IMG/VR virus record: IMGVR_UViG_3300029437_000087
Location: 1-6,191 of that record
DNA from: a virus
Taxonomy: Duplodnaviria > Heunggongvirae > Uroviricota > Caudoviricetes
Strand: one strand, 5' to 3'
DNA: 6,191 nt
The notes under the pieces were generated by a model. It ran no database searches. It worked only from the letters and a program-made list of their open reading frames with translations, and was not told the DNA's origin. The position numbers and the translations under genes are program-made. This document shows positions 5,449 to 6,191 of this stretch, in pieces; the stretch's first letter is position 1; the number at the start of each line of letters is the position of its first letter.

Positions 5449-6191
5449 TCTCGATGTCCTCGTCGGTAATGGATGCCCCGATGCCGGTTACGTCAGAATT
5501 TTCGCGCAAATCAGTCATAGCGGCTTTCAGTGTCATCAGACCATCACCCAGCGCCGTACTGATTGCGTTGGTAGTGTTTAACGCCACCGTTGAGCGATCG
5601 ACATCAGACATTTGCCAGAGCGGGTTAAACTCAAACGTGAAATCGTCCGGCAGCGGCTTGCCAAGCTCCGAACGATGCATGATGTCCAGTATCCGCCGCA
5701 CCGGAAGACGTAAACGCCTCTCCTGTAACGAGCTTACCCGGTCGTAATAGTTGGCAAGGTCTGCATCGCCGGTAGAAAATCCTTTCGGGGACTGTCCGAA
5801 CAACCGCACCAGTGGGATACCAACAGCGCCACTAATCTGTTCTGCAAACTGCGAAAGGATGTCATCCAGACCACTGAAGCTGTACTGATGCGTTTCAAAC
5901 TTATCCCGCGAGTCCATGAGTGTCATACCTTCATTGCTCTGGAACTGTCGAATCAGGTCGATATTCTTCAGCAACGCTTCATACGCAGGACCACCAAGTG
6001 CGATAAGCTCGCGTAGCTTCTCCACGCTGTAGGTGCGCAGATGCGCCTTGTAGACCAGCTGCGCCGCGCCGACAGTAGCGCTGTCGAACGCGGTAAGACG
6101 ATCCCAGATACGCTCTACAACCGACATTCCCCATTCGTTCTCGGTCATCTTCTGCTGAAATGGCAGCGTGACGCCATCAAAGCGAATCAGG
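5300..6191 (-). CDS. phage portal protein, C-terminal part (5' end of gene lies beyond window end)
   Basis: Track ORF 5300..6148 begins at an internal Met; I checked that the same frame stays open from 6149 to 6190 (..LIRFDGVTLPFQQK-MTENEW..), so the gene starts outside the window. Lies directly upstream of the MuF-like gene, the usual portal position. Acidic disordered C-terminal tail. Family call is from context and recollection. Confidence 0.7.
   Translation of the reverse strand, partial: LIRFDGVTLPFQQKMTENEWGMSVVERIWDRLTAFDSATVGAAQLVYKAHLRTYSVEKLRELIALGGPAYEALLKNIDLIRQFQSNEGMTLMDSRDKFETHQYSFSGLDDILSQFAEQISGAVGIPLVRLFGQSPKGFSTGDADLANYYDRVSSLQERRLRLPVRRILDIMHRSELGKPLPDDFTFEFNPLWQMSDVDRSTVALNTTNAISTALGDGLMTLKAAMTDLRENSDVTGIGASITDEDIENAEDEAPPGIGESDDEPQEPSGGNPLSNQPTQDSAGGRRHRKWSLRWFK

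Noticed and set aside
4644-5747. Plus-strand ORFs 4644..4826, 4690..4875, 5036..5266 and 5304..5747
   Set aside because: Antisense to the MuF-like and portal genes. 4644..4826 begins at a TTG within the reverse complement of the DUF2213-like start region. None has supporting signals.
1-6191. tRNA, rRNA, CRISPR array, integrase/att site, IS element or defence island
   Set aside because: There are no direct-repeat arrays, no non-coding stretch longer than about 40 nt, no strand switches and no ORFs of nuclease or recombinase character. The sequence is saturated by co-directional structural genes.

Overview
The window is almost entirely one co-directional block of tightly packed minus-strand genes that reads as the late head-morphogenesis operon of a tailed (pro)phage. 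Reading right to left: portal protein (5' end lies beyond position 6191), Mu F / SPP1 gp7-like head morphogenesis protein, a large DUF2213-like protein with an acidic scaffold-like C-terminal half, a small beta-rich cement/decoration-like protein, a DUF2184-like major capsid protein, a small coiled-coil protein, a DUF4054-like protein, an HK97 gp10-like head-tail joining protein, a 129-aa neck-region protein, and an edge ORF that runs off position 1. All family names are from my recollection of motifs and gene order, not from a database search. I found no tRNA, rRNA, CRISPR array, insertion sequence, integrase or recognisable defence/toxin cargo; every plus-strand ORF in the track lies antisense to a better-supported minus-strand gene. 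I do not see a novel system here. What deserves a second look are gene-structure details: a 149-nt out-of-frame overlap between portal and MuF-like genes, a possible nested internal start in the DUF2213-like gene, a GC-rich stem-loop just after the capsid gene, a 10-N run inside one gene, and an unlisted edge ORF.
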